Positions 25,101 to 39,065 of a DNA stretch of 64,000 nt are shown here, in pieces. Both the position numbers and the translations under genes were made by a program. The stretch's first letter is position 1. Each line of letters starts with the position of its first letter. Under the pieces are notes generated by a model. That model made no database searches. It had not been told where the DNA came from and worked only from the letters and a program-made list of their open reading frames with translations. This stretch comes from Nemertoderma westbladi. Lineage: Eukaryota > Animalia > Xenacoelomorpha. The stretch lies in assembly GCA_032718475.1 (NCBI GenBank), contig JAUCBJ010004074.1, forward strand, positions 1 through 64,000. Direction: 5' to 3'.

Positions 25101-27909
25101 TCGCTATACGCGGGCGATGTTTGGACTCTCGCCATCACCAGATATTTTATTTTCTATTGTCAGGAAACATTTACAAAGTAAATTAGATACTGCCAACGAA
25201 AACAAACGTATTGTAATTGAAAAACTATTGCGGGATATGTATGTAGATGACTTTGCGTCTGGTGCAGACACTGTGTCGTCTGGTCTTCTCTTGTATGAGA
25301 ATGCAAAGCAATTGATGTTAGAGGGTGGATTTAATTTAAGAAAATGGCTTACAAATTCTGTCGAGCTACAACAAATTATAGATCAATTTGAAAAACCCAA
25401 AATCGTAAGTTTAAAAACAAATTCTGTACCAATATTATCAGAGGAAGACCAGACGTACGCAAAGGAGTCATTGTGTTTATCAACACCACCTAGCGGTGAA
25501 ACAAGGATTTTGGGACAAGTGTGGGATATAAGTAAGGATTACTTTGGGTATAACCTTGACCACGTCATATCCTTTGTTAAGAATCTAAAACCAACGAAAA
25601 GGGCTATATTGCAACTAACGGCTCGGATCTACGATCCATTAGGGCTTATATCTCCCTTTTTAACGCCCTTACGAATCGTATTTAGGGAATTAGCTAACAG
25701 TAAGGTAGACTGGGACGAACCACTACCTACTCATTTATTGAGCAAATGGGAATCATGGTTAAACAGTTTAGAAATTTTAAATAGCATTACAGTACCTCGA
25801 TGTACAAACTTACTATGTAGTAAAGTTAAACTGGCACCTAAACAAAAACAATCAGTACCACGGTTAGAATTACTTGGCGCACTAATACTGGTAAGACTAG
25901 TACTGTTAGTGTATCAAGGTTTGGTACTACAAATAACACGTTCAGTATTTTGGACCGATGCATTAGACGTACTGTATTGGATACGACCAACAAATAATAC
26001 TCACAAACAATTTGTACACAATAGAGTACAGGAAATCCGTGACGTAACACAGAAATTGGGAGCAGAATGGAGGTGGTGTCCAGGGCCGTGTAATCCAGCG
26101 GACATTCCAACAAGGACAATGGCACCAGACAAATTATTAAATAACAAACTATGGTATGAGGGTCCAGACTTTATATCGGGGGAGGAATCTGGTTGGCCAG
26201 AGTCACCAGTGATTACTGAGGCTCAAGTATCCAAGTGTGCTCTGTTAGATATAAAGTCCACCCTCATAATGACAACGACAATTAAGACAATCAATACAGA
26301 CGATACAGGATTATCTCAGATAATTAATGTAAATAATTTCAGTACAAAAAGGGACGTACAACACAGAATAGCTTGGATTCTACGGTTTGTAGAAAATATT
26401 AAAGCAAAACGTTTACACAAAGACCCCGTGTTATTACCATACTTAACAGCCAAGGAACTACATTTAGCCGAAATTAAAATAATTCTAGATTCACAACGTG
26501 TAAACTATTCTCGGGAATTGTCTTATCTTCGTGATAAATCAACTCAGTGTCCTAACGTTGTTAAACAATTAAATCTTGTGTTAGATGAATTAGGTATTAT
26601 CAGATGTCAGGGTAGAATAATCAATGATACTATCCCATTCCATACCAGAAATCCTATTCTTCTTGCACCAGGTGACCATTTTACAAAACTCGTCATATTA
26701 AACTCACACGAGCGCGTTTCACATTCCCGAGTGAGAGACACACTAGTAGAGGTTCGTGAGAGATTCTGGATACCATCCGCTAGACGGAAAATTCAACAAA
26801 TTTTGTCTTCGTGTGTCATTTGTAAAAGGTTTCAAGGAAAACCCTATACAATGCCAGCAATCAGCCCCTTGCCAGTTTCTAGAACGATTGAAACGCGCGG
26901 CCCCTTTGATCATTGCGGAGTCGATCTTTGTGGACCACTTCATACAGTTGCCAAACCAACCGAGACCGAGACTGAGACAATACAACCAACAGAAAAGGCG
27001 TGGATTGTTATGTTTACGTGTGCTGTAATAAGAGCCGTTCATTTGGAAGTAGTAACGTCTTTATCAGCGGTCGCTTTCATTAACGCATTTCACAGATTCA
27101 TAGCCAGAAGAGGAATACCGAGTATTATGTTTAGCGATAATGCTACAAACTTTAAGCGCAGTGCCAAGGAGCTAAGAGCGTACCGAATATTCTTGACAGA
27201 TCCTGAGGTAGTCAGGATTTTTGGAGATCATAATATTACCTGGGAAAACAATATTGCAAACAATCCAGCAGCGTATGGATTCATAGAACGTTTAATTGGC
27301 ACTTGCAAATCCGGAATTCGTAAGTTAATAGGACGAGCTGTCTTATCACTTGACGAGTTACATACTGTTGCGCTTTCGGTAGAAGCATCAGTAAATAGCA
27401 GACCAATCACATATGTTTACAGTAAGTTAGATGACGATGTACAGCCTCTCACCCCGAGTCACTTTCTTGTAGGAAAACGGCTCTGTGCAATACCAGATTT
27501 ATCAGATAAAGGGATTCTACCAAACCCTGAATCTAAATCTAAATCGGCAAGAAGAATGATACTTGATAGGGTTAAATATCAAGAGGCAGCGAAAAATTCA
27601 GTGTGGAAGTTGTGGCGTACAGATTATTTGAGAGAGTTACGTTCTTCTCACATTAGTAACAACGTAGCCCCCAAATCAGACATCATCCCGAAGGTAGGCG
27701 CTATGTGTCTATTACATAACGAGTCTATTCCCCGTTGCATGTGGAAGTTGTGTAGGATAGATGAATTAATTGTTTCAAGGGACGGCCGTGTGCGGTCTGC
27801 GAGAATTTCAATAGCGCCCAGAAATAAGGAAGCGAGATCACTCGTTAAATCCATACTACAATTATATCCATTAGAGGTATCTACTACAAATACACCACAA
27901 ATAGATTAA
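22200..27909 (+). pseudogene. gag-pol polyprotein of element B, interrupted by a mini-LTR
   Basis: Gag motif LKPPTFGG..KFQYLRQSLKGEA, three Cys/His knuckles, protease-like LFDPGAQRTF, RT YVDD, integrase GVDLCGP / SDNATNF / IERL. Removing 121 bp (insert + TSD) fuses ORFs 22200 and 23251 in frame. Confidence 0.92.
23122..23237 (+). mobile_element. 116-bp miniature solo LTR of the A/C/D family
   Basis: TGTAAAAGCCTTTG...TTTGGCGGGTTAAACTGCCAAAGGTCTGAAAGCGCGAACA, flanked by TSD GGAAG (23117-23121 and 23238-23242). Confidence 0.9.
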
Positions 27910-28099
27910 AATAGTCATAAAGAAATACAATACGAACATTCTTCATACTTTATCATATTTGAAAATTATAATGTGCAATTAATTACACTAAACAATATAA
28001 CATATTGTTTACTGTATATTAGTCATTTTTTGAAATTTTTTAAATGCAATAATGTATAACCCCACGTGGTGAAGGTTATGATTTGAAACTATTAGTTTC

Positions 28100-28108
28100 A
28101 AGGGGGAG
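28100..28108 (+). promoter_or_regulatory. Polypurine tract of element B
   Basis: AAGGGGGAG lies immediately before the 3' LTR. Confidence 0.75.
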
Positions 28109-29011
28109 TGTCATAAAATATATATATTCAAGTAGGGAAATAAAGTTTGTTTTCGTTAATGATTTAATGTTAATGTGCATAGTACAGTAGTTGGCAACAG
28201 CAGGGGTTCATTGACATCAACTCATACATTATATCATTGATATACATACAGTATCGTCTATATTATTAACTATTGTTTGTACAACGCTAGAATTACCTCA
28301 TCGTTTGGAAGACATGCCCCTGCTGTTCGTCCTAATTAAAAGGGTCAATTAGTATTGCTACAATAATAGGAGTATACATATAGTGTTGGTGCGGTGATGG
28401 TAAAACCAGTTGCTAATTGTCGTTGTAATATGTGTCATTTTTGTAATTAGTTAGTTAATTATTAAATTAGAGAAATATGTAATCATAATATTGTGTTTTT
28501 TAAACTGTTCATGGGCGGTTCAACAATCAGAAGAATATACATTCATCCCGTTCATGACAGTATGAGAGCAATATCGCACGAAGCAATGTCAGTGTGAAGA
28601 GGCAAGTCGTTTCCAAGGTCTACCCAGAGCTTGGTTTAGCCGAGACACGAGGATCTGAACTTTGCATTCCTAATACTCTGCCTACCAATAATACTTGAAT
28701 ATAGTAGTGGCTTTATTGTACTTTAATAAGTACGGACATTTCATCTTACTGTAGTTACGTATTTATAATATGATACGGACAGTAAGGAAAAGAAAGAATT
28801 ATTTCTCGCCGTCGCACTAAATATATAATATAAGTAATTACGTACGCAATAAACACGAATATATTGCACTATTCTACTAAATAATAGCTAAATAATATTC
28901 TACTAAATTAAATAAAACGATTATAATAAAATTACATAGCAATACATACATAAATATAAAAATAATAAAATAATATAAAATAATAGAGTCACACGCCCAC
29001 TCCGAACGATA

Positions 29012-32000
29012 TTAAGTTGGGGAGTCCCTAGATGTCGGTTGGATTAGGGAAGTGGTCGTGGGAAGAGTTTCTTGCCTTCCATAGTTTCCGGAGAGCTCTC
29101 TGTCTCTTTCCAGTAAACATAAACGACCCACTGGGCGATTGAGCTGTTGAGTCTCAAAGACTATCCCTGGTTTCTTAAAGTTACGTCGCATGACGACGAG
29201 TTCTACTGATCGCACCAAACCATCGCTCGAGATATGAGTCTCGATGATACGTCCTGTTTGCCATCGCTTACGTGGGAGATCGGGGTCCACAATAAGCACC
29301 ATGTCTCCAGCGCTGACGTTTTCTTGCTGCGCAAACCACTTAGTTCGAAGTTGTAGAGTGGGCAGGTAATGTTTCTCGAAATGGTCAGCGAAACGACGGG
29401 ATAGCAACTGCATAAGTTGCCAGGTTCGACGGCAGTACTCGTCTCCGTCTGAGATCTCCGATCGTGGGAGCATGGCTACGGGTTTCTTCAGTAGAAAGTG
29501 CGCGGGTGTTAGCGCTTCCAGGGAATCAGGACTTGAAGAGACTGGCATGAGCGGTCTTTCGTTGAGATAAGCGGCGATTTCCTCCATTAACGTCCGCAAT
29601 AGTTCGTCGGTGAGATAAGCGCGACAAGGCACAATAAAGTGGAACGCAGTCTTCACGCTTCTAATCAATCTCTCCCAACTTCCTCCCCACCAAGGGGCGT
29701 CGGCGGCGTTGAAGGTCCAGCTAGACGCTGTTATCTTTAGTTGATCGTCCACCTGTCTTTTGTTCCAGTCCTTTACGTAAGCTTGAATTTCGTTGTTGGC
29801 GCCAATGAAGTTCGTTCCCTTATCTGATCTCATCGTGTTACTGGTTCCGAAACGAGCAATCTGTCGTCGTAAACTCAACACGAAGCTGTTGGTGGATAGA
29901 TCGTTTACCATATCGAGATGGATAGCTCTACAAGTCATACAAACGAAGATGACACACCATCTCTTAACTATAGTCCGGGCACGATATACTTCAATAGGGC
30001 CAAATAAATCCACACCGGTATTAGTAAAGGGTGGTTCATAAAAGCTTACTCTTTCCCTAGGTAATTCTGCCTCTCGCTGTGTCAAAGGCCTACTGAATGC
30101 CTTCCTACAGGGTATGCAGTTCCTAAGGACTTGGTTCAGAGCCCTACGGGGTTTATAAAAATAGTAGCGAGTTCGAATTTCGCTGAGAACTCGTTCTCTT
30201 CCAGCATGATACAGTTTGCTATGAACATCTACAATCATCTTGATTTGTATGTCAAGATTTCTAATGAGTATGGGAAACTTAGTGTCAAAGGATAATGGGG
30301 CGTTGGTAAGCCTGCCTCCAACACGTATTAACCCATCTATCATGGTACTAGAGAAGCGATCCCTTAAGCGCATCTGCGGATTTCTTAACAACAGGAAATA
30401 CTTATCGGAATCCTCATAGCATTGTAGGAGTCTCAGCATCTGTTTGTTGGTTTCATCATGCTCCTGGTAACTGATCTTCTCCTTTAGAAACCTGTCGGAT
30501 ATCTTGTATTTAGGAAGATCTTTAACAACATGGACTCGTGCAGATGTTGATGGAGCATCATCACTATTGGTCTTTGTCCCGGAGTAACGATGATGAAAAC
30601 ATCGTTTTAAATAGGTGACGGCTTTACAGAGCCGATTCCAGGAACTGTAGTGACGTATCGCTCTCTGCAAGAGGGGTGAGAGTCCTTGCGCGATATCTGG
30701 TATTCCAGATTTCCAATCCTTGTCACGGATTTCCAAGACTTCTTTAGTCGTGGCGGTGGGTTTCTGATCCAAAGCATCCTCTCCGGAAGTAAATAATACA
30801 GATAGATCAACCGCAGGTTTAAACAACTTCGATTTACTCGCTCGAGTTTTGGGTTTAACTTTCTCCGCTCCCTTGGCCTGTCTGATCTCTGCTGTTGTGA
30901 GATGGGGAGGCCATTCTTCTTCTTCTTTGTAGAGAAAGTCGGGTCCACCTAACCATTCGGGAGTATTTACCAATTCCTTTGGAGTAGCTCCTCGGGAAGC
31001 GATGTCTGCTGGATTAATCGTTCCGGGGCAATGTCTCCATTGGTCCATCGTCGTGCGACTAAGTATGATGGCTACTCTGTTGGTAACGAAGACGCTGAAC
31101 TGACAGACTTCATTGGTTATATACTCTAACACGAGTAAAGCGTCGGTCCAATAGACAGTTTTCTCTAATGGATAGTCAATCTGTTCGGTTACATTCCGGC
31201 CGATGGCTGTAGCGTATAGAGCCGCTTTTAACTCCGCTCGAGGAACTTTCAACTTGTTGTTGATTAATGCCTTAGAAGTAACCAGGGCGACTTTGATTCC
31301 ATCCGGAGTTTCCACTCTTAGATAGGCTACTATACCTATTCCCATATCGCTGGCGTCTCCAAACACATGGAGTTGATAGGAATACGTAGGGAGAACATGA
31401 CCAAAATATGAACGGGAAATTATAAAATCCTCGATAGCCGGCAGAGAATCTTCCCATTTCATCCACTTCTTCAATAATTCTCCCTTAAGTGGATCGTCCC
31501 ATGAGTGGTTTTCAAGCCACATTTGTTGTACCAAACTACGAGCAATCAATATAACTGGGCTAATAAATCCCAATGGATCGAAATAAGTGCTCAGTATACT
31601 TAAGCAAATCCGTTTGGTTCGAACTGGATTATCTCGCTGTTTTAGCTGGAAAAACAGGATATCTCGCTCTGTGTCCCATTTCAAGCCGAGTGTCTTGGTT
31701 TCTGGCAGATCATCTTTGATCAAATCTAGATCTTTCGCCCCTCGATCTTCCGCAGGGATCGACTCCAGAAACTCACGGGAGTTGCTGGTGAATTTCGTTA
31801 ATCGAAACCCACCTCTTTTTAAGCACTCTACCGTTCCTTTAGCGACCTCAATGGCTTCCTCAACTGATGGAAGGGACTTCAGATTGTCGTCCATGTATAT
31901 GTCTCTCTTGATGTTGTCGATCACTTCCTTAGAGAAGGCCTCTCGGTTGTCCTCTGCAGTGGTACGCACTACCGAACAGGCGTTGGAAGGGCTTGAGATT

Positions 32001-35000
32001 ATCCCAAAGGCCTGGATGGTCATCCAGTACTCCACCGGTTTCTGGTTGAGGTCTCCTTCGGGCCACCACAGAAATCGTAGACTATCTCGATCCCTATCTA
32101 ACACCTTGACTTGTAAGAACATGCCTTCTATATCGGAGGCGAAAGCAATCGAATATTGTCTCAATCTTAAAAGAATTCCCAACAAAGATTGAAGCAAGTT
32201 GGGTCCGGGTAACAATTCAGAGTTAAGGGATTGACCCATGTAAAGAGCGGAGCCATCAAACACTACTCTCACTTCATGTGGTTTACCGGGTTTAGGAACG
32301 TAATGGTGAGTTAAGTAATACGTTCTTTCAGTCACAGGTGTTTCTTCCGGTACTCTCTCCGCGCATCCCTTACTAATAAATTTCTCCAGCTGTGTTTGAT
32401 ACATTGCTTTAGCTGAAGAATTAGCCGTAAGGCGTCGATGGAGTTGCGCGATTCTTTTTTCCGCCAAGGGTCTGTTATTGATGAATTTCGGTTCTCTCTT
32501 GCGGAAAGGTAGACCGACTTCATACCTACCTTGATCTTTGAGGAAACGTGTAGTTGTCTCTTGGATCTGCTTGGCCCTTTCCTCTTCCACTGACAAGGCT
32601 TTATCGTAGGAATTGGGCTCTACCGCCTCTTGCGTAAAGAATCGTACGGCATGTTCATCTCGAGTCTTGGCATTACAACGCTCAATGACGTCATTTAACT
32701 CTTCGTTATAAGCTTCTCGTTCAGTTGGATAAAGAAGTTGACATAAGTTCACTTGGTTTTGCCAAGCCTCGATTTCCTTAAGGAGGTCGATGGTATTCTC
32801 CTCATCAAAAAGCTGGTGCACGTCGTCGTTATCTGAGGAGTATGGGGTTCCCTCAGTTAAATCGTCTCCCTCACTAGTATCATCTTCCCATTCACTCACC
32901 TGGTAGACGCGATCTTGCGGTAGTCTTTCTCTGAGTGTTCTACGGGAAGGGCCAGTAAAGTACCAACCTACTCTAGTTCTTACCGCATAGGTCTGTAGTG
33001 GCTGCGGTTGAGCAGGCCGTTTCTCCAATGTCTCCAGCGCCTCATGCGCGTTTTGGCCGAGGAGTATTTGCACTCCAGGATAATCAGTCTGGAATCGAGG
33101 TATCTTAAGATGTTGGATGCTCTCATCCTCGTCCCAATTATAAAGGTCTACTTGAGTAGTAGCGAAGTTCTTTATAGCCACCAATTTCACTGACCTTATG
33201 CTATGTTCTCCTAGTTCGTCTTGTGGGGTGGACAACGCGCCTACATAATAATCAGCTGTTACTGTAGATTTCCAAACTTGCATAATGCCTGACATATTTA
33301 GCTTGGTTCGGATCTTAGGTTGTCCAGCGAAGATGTCTTCGGCTAGTTCTTTATCAATGAATGTTCCTGTGCTGCCGGAGTCCAGGAGGGCGTTCACTAT
33401 ATAGCTTTTCTGAGGTCCATGGACCCGTAACTGGACTACAGGAAATTCTCGGATTCCTACATTGGAAGTTGGTGCTTTCCACGATGGTTGTCGCTCAGAA
33501 GTAGTTAGAGTGAAGTCGCTGTCTGTATCTTTTTCATATGTGAGTGCTCGATACACTGCGGTATTTATCATGTAACAGGATTCGTTTTCGTCGGAGAACT
33601 CGTCCGTATAGAATCCTTCCATCTCAGATTGATCAGTGTCGTTCACATCACTGAATTGGACATGTAGTTCGGAATCACTTACCTGATTAGGACTATTTCG
33701 ATCGAATTCAGCGTGCAACAAGATATGATGTTTCGCACCACACTTTGCACACCTTATGTCTGAGTAACAGGTTCGCCGTTGATGTCCTTGTCTGAGGCAA
33801 TTATAACACAACCGCTTGTCCCACATGACTTCACGTCTCTCAGTTAATGATTTCTTTAGAAATTCATCACACATATTCAAACGATGGGTCCCATCACATA
33901 GCGCACATTTTGGTTTGATGTTACTCACCTTAATCTGAGTCACATTGTGCACACTTGCCTTTTCTTTGGGCTTTCTCACCTGAATTCTCTTGGGAGACGT
34001 AGGAGGAGTTTTTCTTACCTGTTCTCTCCTGTCATTTGCTCGAGACTTGAATTTACTTACCTGATCTTTAGGCATTTTATTGACATAATAAGATCTATCA
34101 GTGTCTTTCCCGCTATCTTCTCCTTGAGAAGTCTGGCTTTCGCCGTCGTCTGTATAACACACTGGTGTTACCTTTCTTCTGGAGACGGGTTTTTCACTTA
34201 CCTTGTTTTCCGGTGTCTTCTCTCTGGACAGTTTCAGGAGCTGTAATTTCACTTCTCCATCTAGGAATGACATGAGATCAGCCATGGTAGGGTCTCGTCG
34301 TTGTTGTTCCATCATATATAACACTTTCTTATCCCAGCGTGTACCTACTCCACCCTTCGGTAAAGTAGAAGCCACTGCTCTAATAACCATAGTGTTCTGA
34401 TACTCATGAGACTTACCTAGCCAATCTAATTGTCTGCAGATCTCCTGGATCTCATCGGAAAACTCGATAATCCCGCTGCTAATAAACTTTCGGGGCGCTA
34501 CTAACTTTGCATACAAATACCCAGCGATGTTATTCCTATTACCATACCTGATGTTTAATGTATCCCAAACTTGTCTTAATCCGTCTGGATGTCCAATAAA
34601 CTTTAACGCCATTAACTTGGGAGATCCTTCCAAGCACTCGATGAGGTATCTAAGTTTCTCTCCATTAGATAGTACAGAGTTCTGTATGTTATCTTTGTAA
34701 TATTCATTAAAAGGTAACCATTTCATCTCATCCCCATTGAACTTGATGATCTCTCCCACCTTCACCGCTTGCCGGGCTTCGGTTCTAGCCATTTGACACG
34801 TAAAACTTTCTTGGGCCATCGTGTTATTTAATATCGAGTTATCGGTATATAAATTTCTCGGATTATGATCAGGTCTATAGGGAATGTCATTATCAACAGG
34901 TCTATAATTACCCTTAATAGGGTTCACTATAGGAGTTTCTACTTCGCTAGCAGTATATATGCGTGTAGGCTCCACACCTTGCGCATGAGATACTTCAGAC

Positions 35001-37165
35001 CTAACAGGTTGACACATTGTTACCGAGGGTGGTGGTATACCCTTTTGAGTATTTACTAATTTATCGCATTCTAGCGCGATACTTTGCTGCACTTCTTGCA
35101 ACTCTAGTCTACTTTCCCTTACTGTGCCCTTGAATTGCTGAACAGTCTCCTGCATCTGCCCGAGCAGGAGATCCATCCCCCGCTGTCTCTCGTCCACCCA
35201 TTCGACCGCCGAAGCGGGAGTCGCCAACGTTGTAGCGGGCGGACGAGGGACCACGGGCGACAAATCAGGAATATTTCGCTCGGGATCCAGGACCTGAACT
35301 GTCTCCTGGGCAGTTCTACTGGGCACAGGTAGCTTAGTGCTATGTAGAGGGAATTTAGAGTTAGCTTAAGGGAGCACAGGTGTGTCTATCACCGAAGGGG
35401 TGATTTCAAAAACAGGCCTAATTATTTCAGGCTCATCTACTATAGTAGGGAGTCTTTCTATTTTAATTATTTGGTCTGTAGGTTCTGTACTACCTAAGTT
35501 GGTGTTATTTAGTTGCCTTCTAACAGCTGGAGGCAAATCAGGCAATTTCTGACGGTGGAATGTTCTTTTACGTCTACTTAGACGAGATCTATTTCCCTTG
35601 CCTTCAGTATCGGTGGTATCGCCTTCCTCAGATGATGTATATCCCTGTCTTTTGGGAGTAGATCGATTCATCATCTGCATATTACTAGCTGTTAACTGTT
35701 TATTTATGCAGTCTTGATTCTCCTGAATGTTTTCCAATTCTAATTGGGTGGTTTCTTCAGTCGCTCTCCGTTCGGCTTCTGCCACTGCCTCTGCGGCCTT
35801 TCTTTCAGCCTCGGCCGCCTTTGCTTCTGCCGCTGCCGCTGCCGCTTTTGCCTCTGCCGCTGCCTCTGCCGCCTTTGCCTCTGCCGCTGCCGCTTTTGCC
35901 TCTGCCGCTGCCGCTGCCGCTTTTGCCTCTGCTGCTGCCTCTGCCGCTGCCGCTTTTCTTTCTGCTTCTGCAGCTACCACTGCTGCTTTCTTTCTGTCTT
36001 CTATACGTTTTTTCTTTACTTGTTCCTCCTGGACTCGTGTGATGCGGAGTTGTTCATCAAATTTAGCCTGGTTCGCAGCCCTCATTTCCACATCGATGGC
36101 ATCCAACACAAGCTTGGTTCCTTCACTATTAGGGCTAAGTCCCTCTAACCTTCTCCTCAACTCGTCATCACCTAAAAAACGTTGATAGTCTGACAGATAG
36201 ATGTCAATGGCATCCCTCTTATGCGGCTTCTCTGCCGTCGCTTCACTTTCCACTTGGGAAAAAGTAGCGTCTGTTGATTCTCCATGGGTTGAGCGCTCCT
36301 CTAGCTGAGCTTTCCACTGAGCTGTTCCTTGAACCTGGAGACTCACCCTTTGAAACCAAGTCTTTACGGCAACTTGCAACGACGTGTCTTGTCTTCGTTT
36401 AGAAGCTTCTTCAAAGGCCGATAAAATTAGCCTGATTCGCAGAATTCTTTCTCTAACTTGATAAAGCAGTTGTCCCTGCTCTTGAGGTCCTTGTGGTTGT
36501 TGAAACAGTTGTCCTTTTACTCGCTCCATAGAGCTGAAGAATCCCTGTGCGTATCCGGCTGCGGACCTCTTCCACACAGCTGGATCTATAGTTTCCTTGG
36601 CTACTCCCATCCGGTGTATGTCTTCCCAGGCAGCTTCTGATAAATCAAACGGGAGTCCGGGTCCGGGGAAGTTCCATTGCGACTCGACAATAGACTTCAG
36701 TTCTTCACTCGTGTATCCCGCATAATTATCTTTAGTTGATCGTTGACTTCTCGCCCAATCGATCTGGTGTTCTTCCACTGCAATCAATAACCTAGTGAGT
36801 ACGGCTGCAGGAAGGATGAGAAGGGGATCCGAATAAACCGCTTCCGTCATCTTTGCTCCGCGCTCGGGTGTCAGCTCTACAGTATCCTCACTACTGGAGC
36901 TGTTGGGCCGTTGAGAAATAAGTTCTTGGCTAGCGGGTTGTTGCTGTTCTGCTGCTTCTTGGTCCCGCTTGACCTGAGCTCGAGTGCCTATGATAGACCT
37001 ACGATGTTGGACCAGCCTAGGTTCTGTTATTACTACTGGAGGGATGACCTTCCTCACAGTGGGAGGTGAACTGAACTTAGGTGTAGACGGTTCTACACCT
37101 TTATCTGAGTCGCAGATAGTTACATCCAATAAACTGTCTGACAGGTTCTGCTTAGTATCAGACAT
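29012..37165 (-). CDS. ~2,700-codon BEL/Pao polyprotein of copy A (long N-terminal extension, gag, PR, RT, RNase H, IN) with one in-frame stop at 35366-35368
   Basis: ORFs 35366-37165 and 29012-35326 are in the same frame; the TAA corresponds to GAA (Glu) in copy C. Motifs: CALCDGTH / CYNCLRQGH / CAKCGAKHH, ALLDSGS, YMDD, LHVFGDAS, H..H..CIPC, GVDLFGP, SDKGTNF, WERL. Confidence 0.93.
35770..35990 (-). repeat. Coding Ala/Glu/Lys repeat, (EAKAAAAA)n
   Basis: GCAGCGGCAGAGGCAAAA-type units; the tract is much shorter in copy C (50180-50285). Confidence 0.85.
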
Positions 37166-38504
37166 GTTTGTTTACACAGTTGAATGTCTACCGCTATATT
37201 ACAGTCTAAGCAAGTCTAGTAATTCAGTGTTAACTGCTAGCCTAGTAATTAATTACCGATACTGCTACTCAGTGTAGCGTGATATATATATAATATATTA
37301 GAATACCGGTATGCTTATAGTATATATAACTATATAAGTACTATTACAGACTAGGTTTATCACAGAATACCGGTATAATTTTAGCACAAATATATATAAA
37401 TATATAATAGGCCTATCGGGAATACCGGTATACAGCTTACAGTTTGTAGTATATATAATTCTGGACTAGAATTAATTACAAGTACCGGTATAATTTCAGC
37501 CTAAGTTTATAGAAATAAAGATAATAGGCCTATTGTAAATACCGGTATATCAATTATTTTAAATAACTGAATTTCTGAATTTCAAGGGTTACTTGGTTAC
37601 TTTAACTTACTTTATTACCGTTATTTAAGCAGTAGTCCAACTGATATTGAGACCTAATTGTTGTATGGCAGGCCTACTATTTATAAATCGTTAGATTTGA
37701 TTTATAATATATATATACCCGTTTTAATGGGTTTTGTCAATTGTTTGAAATAAATGTTATTATTTCTGGGGAGTAATCACTACACAAAGCGGTGCGCTTT
37801 CAGTGAAGTGTTACTTATAGGACACTAAAACAAATAATACTAATTTACCTAAGTTACTTAATACTACAAATTACGTACAATTCGGGTGAGATTACAATCT
37901 CTAAATAAACACAAAAATTTACAAAAAACACAAAATCCGAATTTACAGGGTAATTTTACAAGAAGTCTACAAACCAGCCTAACAAAGGGTTAGAAATCTG
38001 GTTATTACAACGGACAGGGTACTGCGGTATTTGAAAATAATACGTAGTAGTAAATACACTGCGTTGTCCAGATAGGAAAATACCACCGCCTGACGACCTA
38101 TAGCCGTATCGCTATAGGTACTACGTTATGTATCACGGAGTGTTCCTACCTAGAAGTTAATAGAGCTAATCGAACGTGCCTATCAACCACTTTACAACAC
38201 AAATATAATGCCTACACTAATTACTTTCGGAAAGCACTGTACACTAAACCCTAAATTAGGTACGAGTACTTGTACAACAGATAATCAGTAGTTAAATATA
38301 CTTGAACAGCTAAAAGAACCACGGCATCTGCTGGAGTGACCGATGCACAAAATCACCAGTCTTTACCTACGCCAAGCAGCCCGTGTAGTACCGGGGTTAA
38401 TTTAACTATAGCGGTATGTATAACAAACACAATTACTGTAGGAACAAACTTGGGGAATGAATGTTGCGAATAATCGCATAAACTCTGAATAATAAATATT
38501 ACGC

Positions 38505-39065
38505 TATGCGTAAAAACCACTCAAACAAAATGCAGACCAAATACTGACAGACTACCATCAAGCCTAAACAAACTACGGTATATGCAGACTCCGAAATGAT
38601 TAGGTAGTATGCGTTCTAACCCAGTAGTACGACTTATTCTTTAGTTGGGGGTTTACCTTACAGCAATGGCTGCCCCTACTTCCTAACCGTTCTTTATCGG
38701 ACAGATGCTTTACACACACCGAAATCCGTTCAGACCTAATAGCAGCCAGACAACTATCCAGCCTACAAATTATCTAAATAAATATTATACGCTACCCGTA
38801 CAGACTACACAAACAAAGTACAGACTAAACGATGGCAGACCACTCTCAAGCCTAAATAAACTACAGGACATGCAGACTCCGAAATGATTAGGTAGTATGC
38901 GTTCTAACCCAGTAGTACGACTTATTCTTTAGTTGGGGGTTTACCTTACAGCATTGGCTGCCCCTACTTCCTAACCGTTCTTTATCGGACAGGTGATCTA
39001 CACACACTGCAATCCGTTCAGACTTAACAGCAATCAGACAGCAGCCCAGCCTACAAATTGTCTGT
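38505..39065. repeat. 287-bp tandem duplication in the element leader
   Basis: GACTCCGAAATG at 38588 and 38875; the same spacing occurs in copy D (1082 and 1369). Confidence 0.85.

Larger units (their letters stand above)
21403..28559 (+). mobile_element. BEL/Pao LTR retrotransposon B nested in copy A
   Basis: LTRs TGTCAT...ATGACA at 21403-21857 and 28109-28559; TSD GTATG at 21398-21402 and 28560-28564. The empty site is visible in copy C at ~57132-57136. Confidence 0.95.

Noticed and set aside
31587-32192. 201-aa antisense ORF opposite RT (partly also at 53641-54015)
   Set aside because: This is a shadow frame of a conserved coding region with no independent motif, and its length differs between copies.
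35366-35368. Programmed stop-codon readthrough between the 599-aa ORF and gag-pol
   Set aside because: Copy C has GAA here and its own stop at a different site (50144-50146), so these are copy-specific nonsense mutations.
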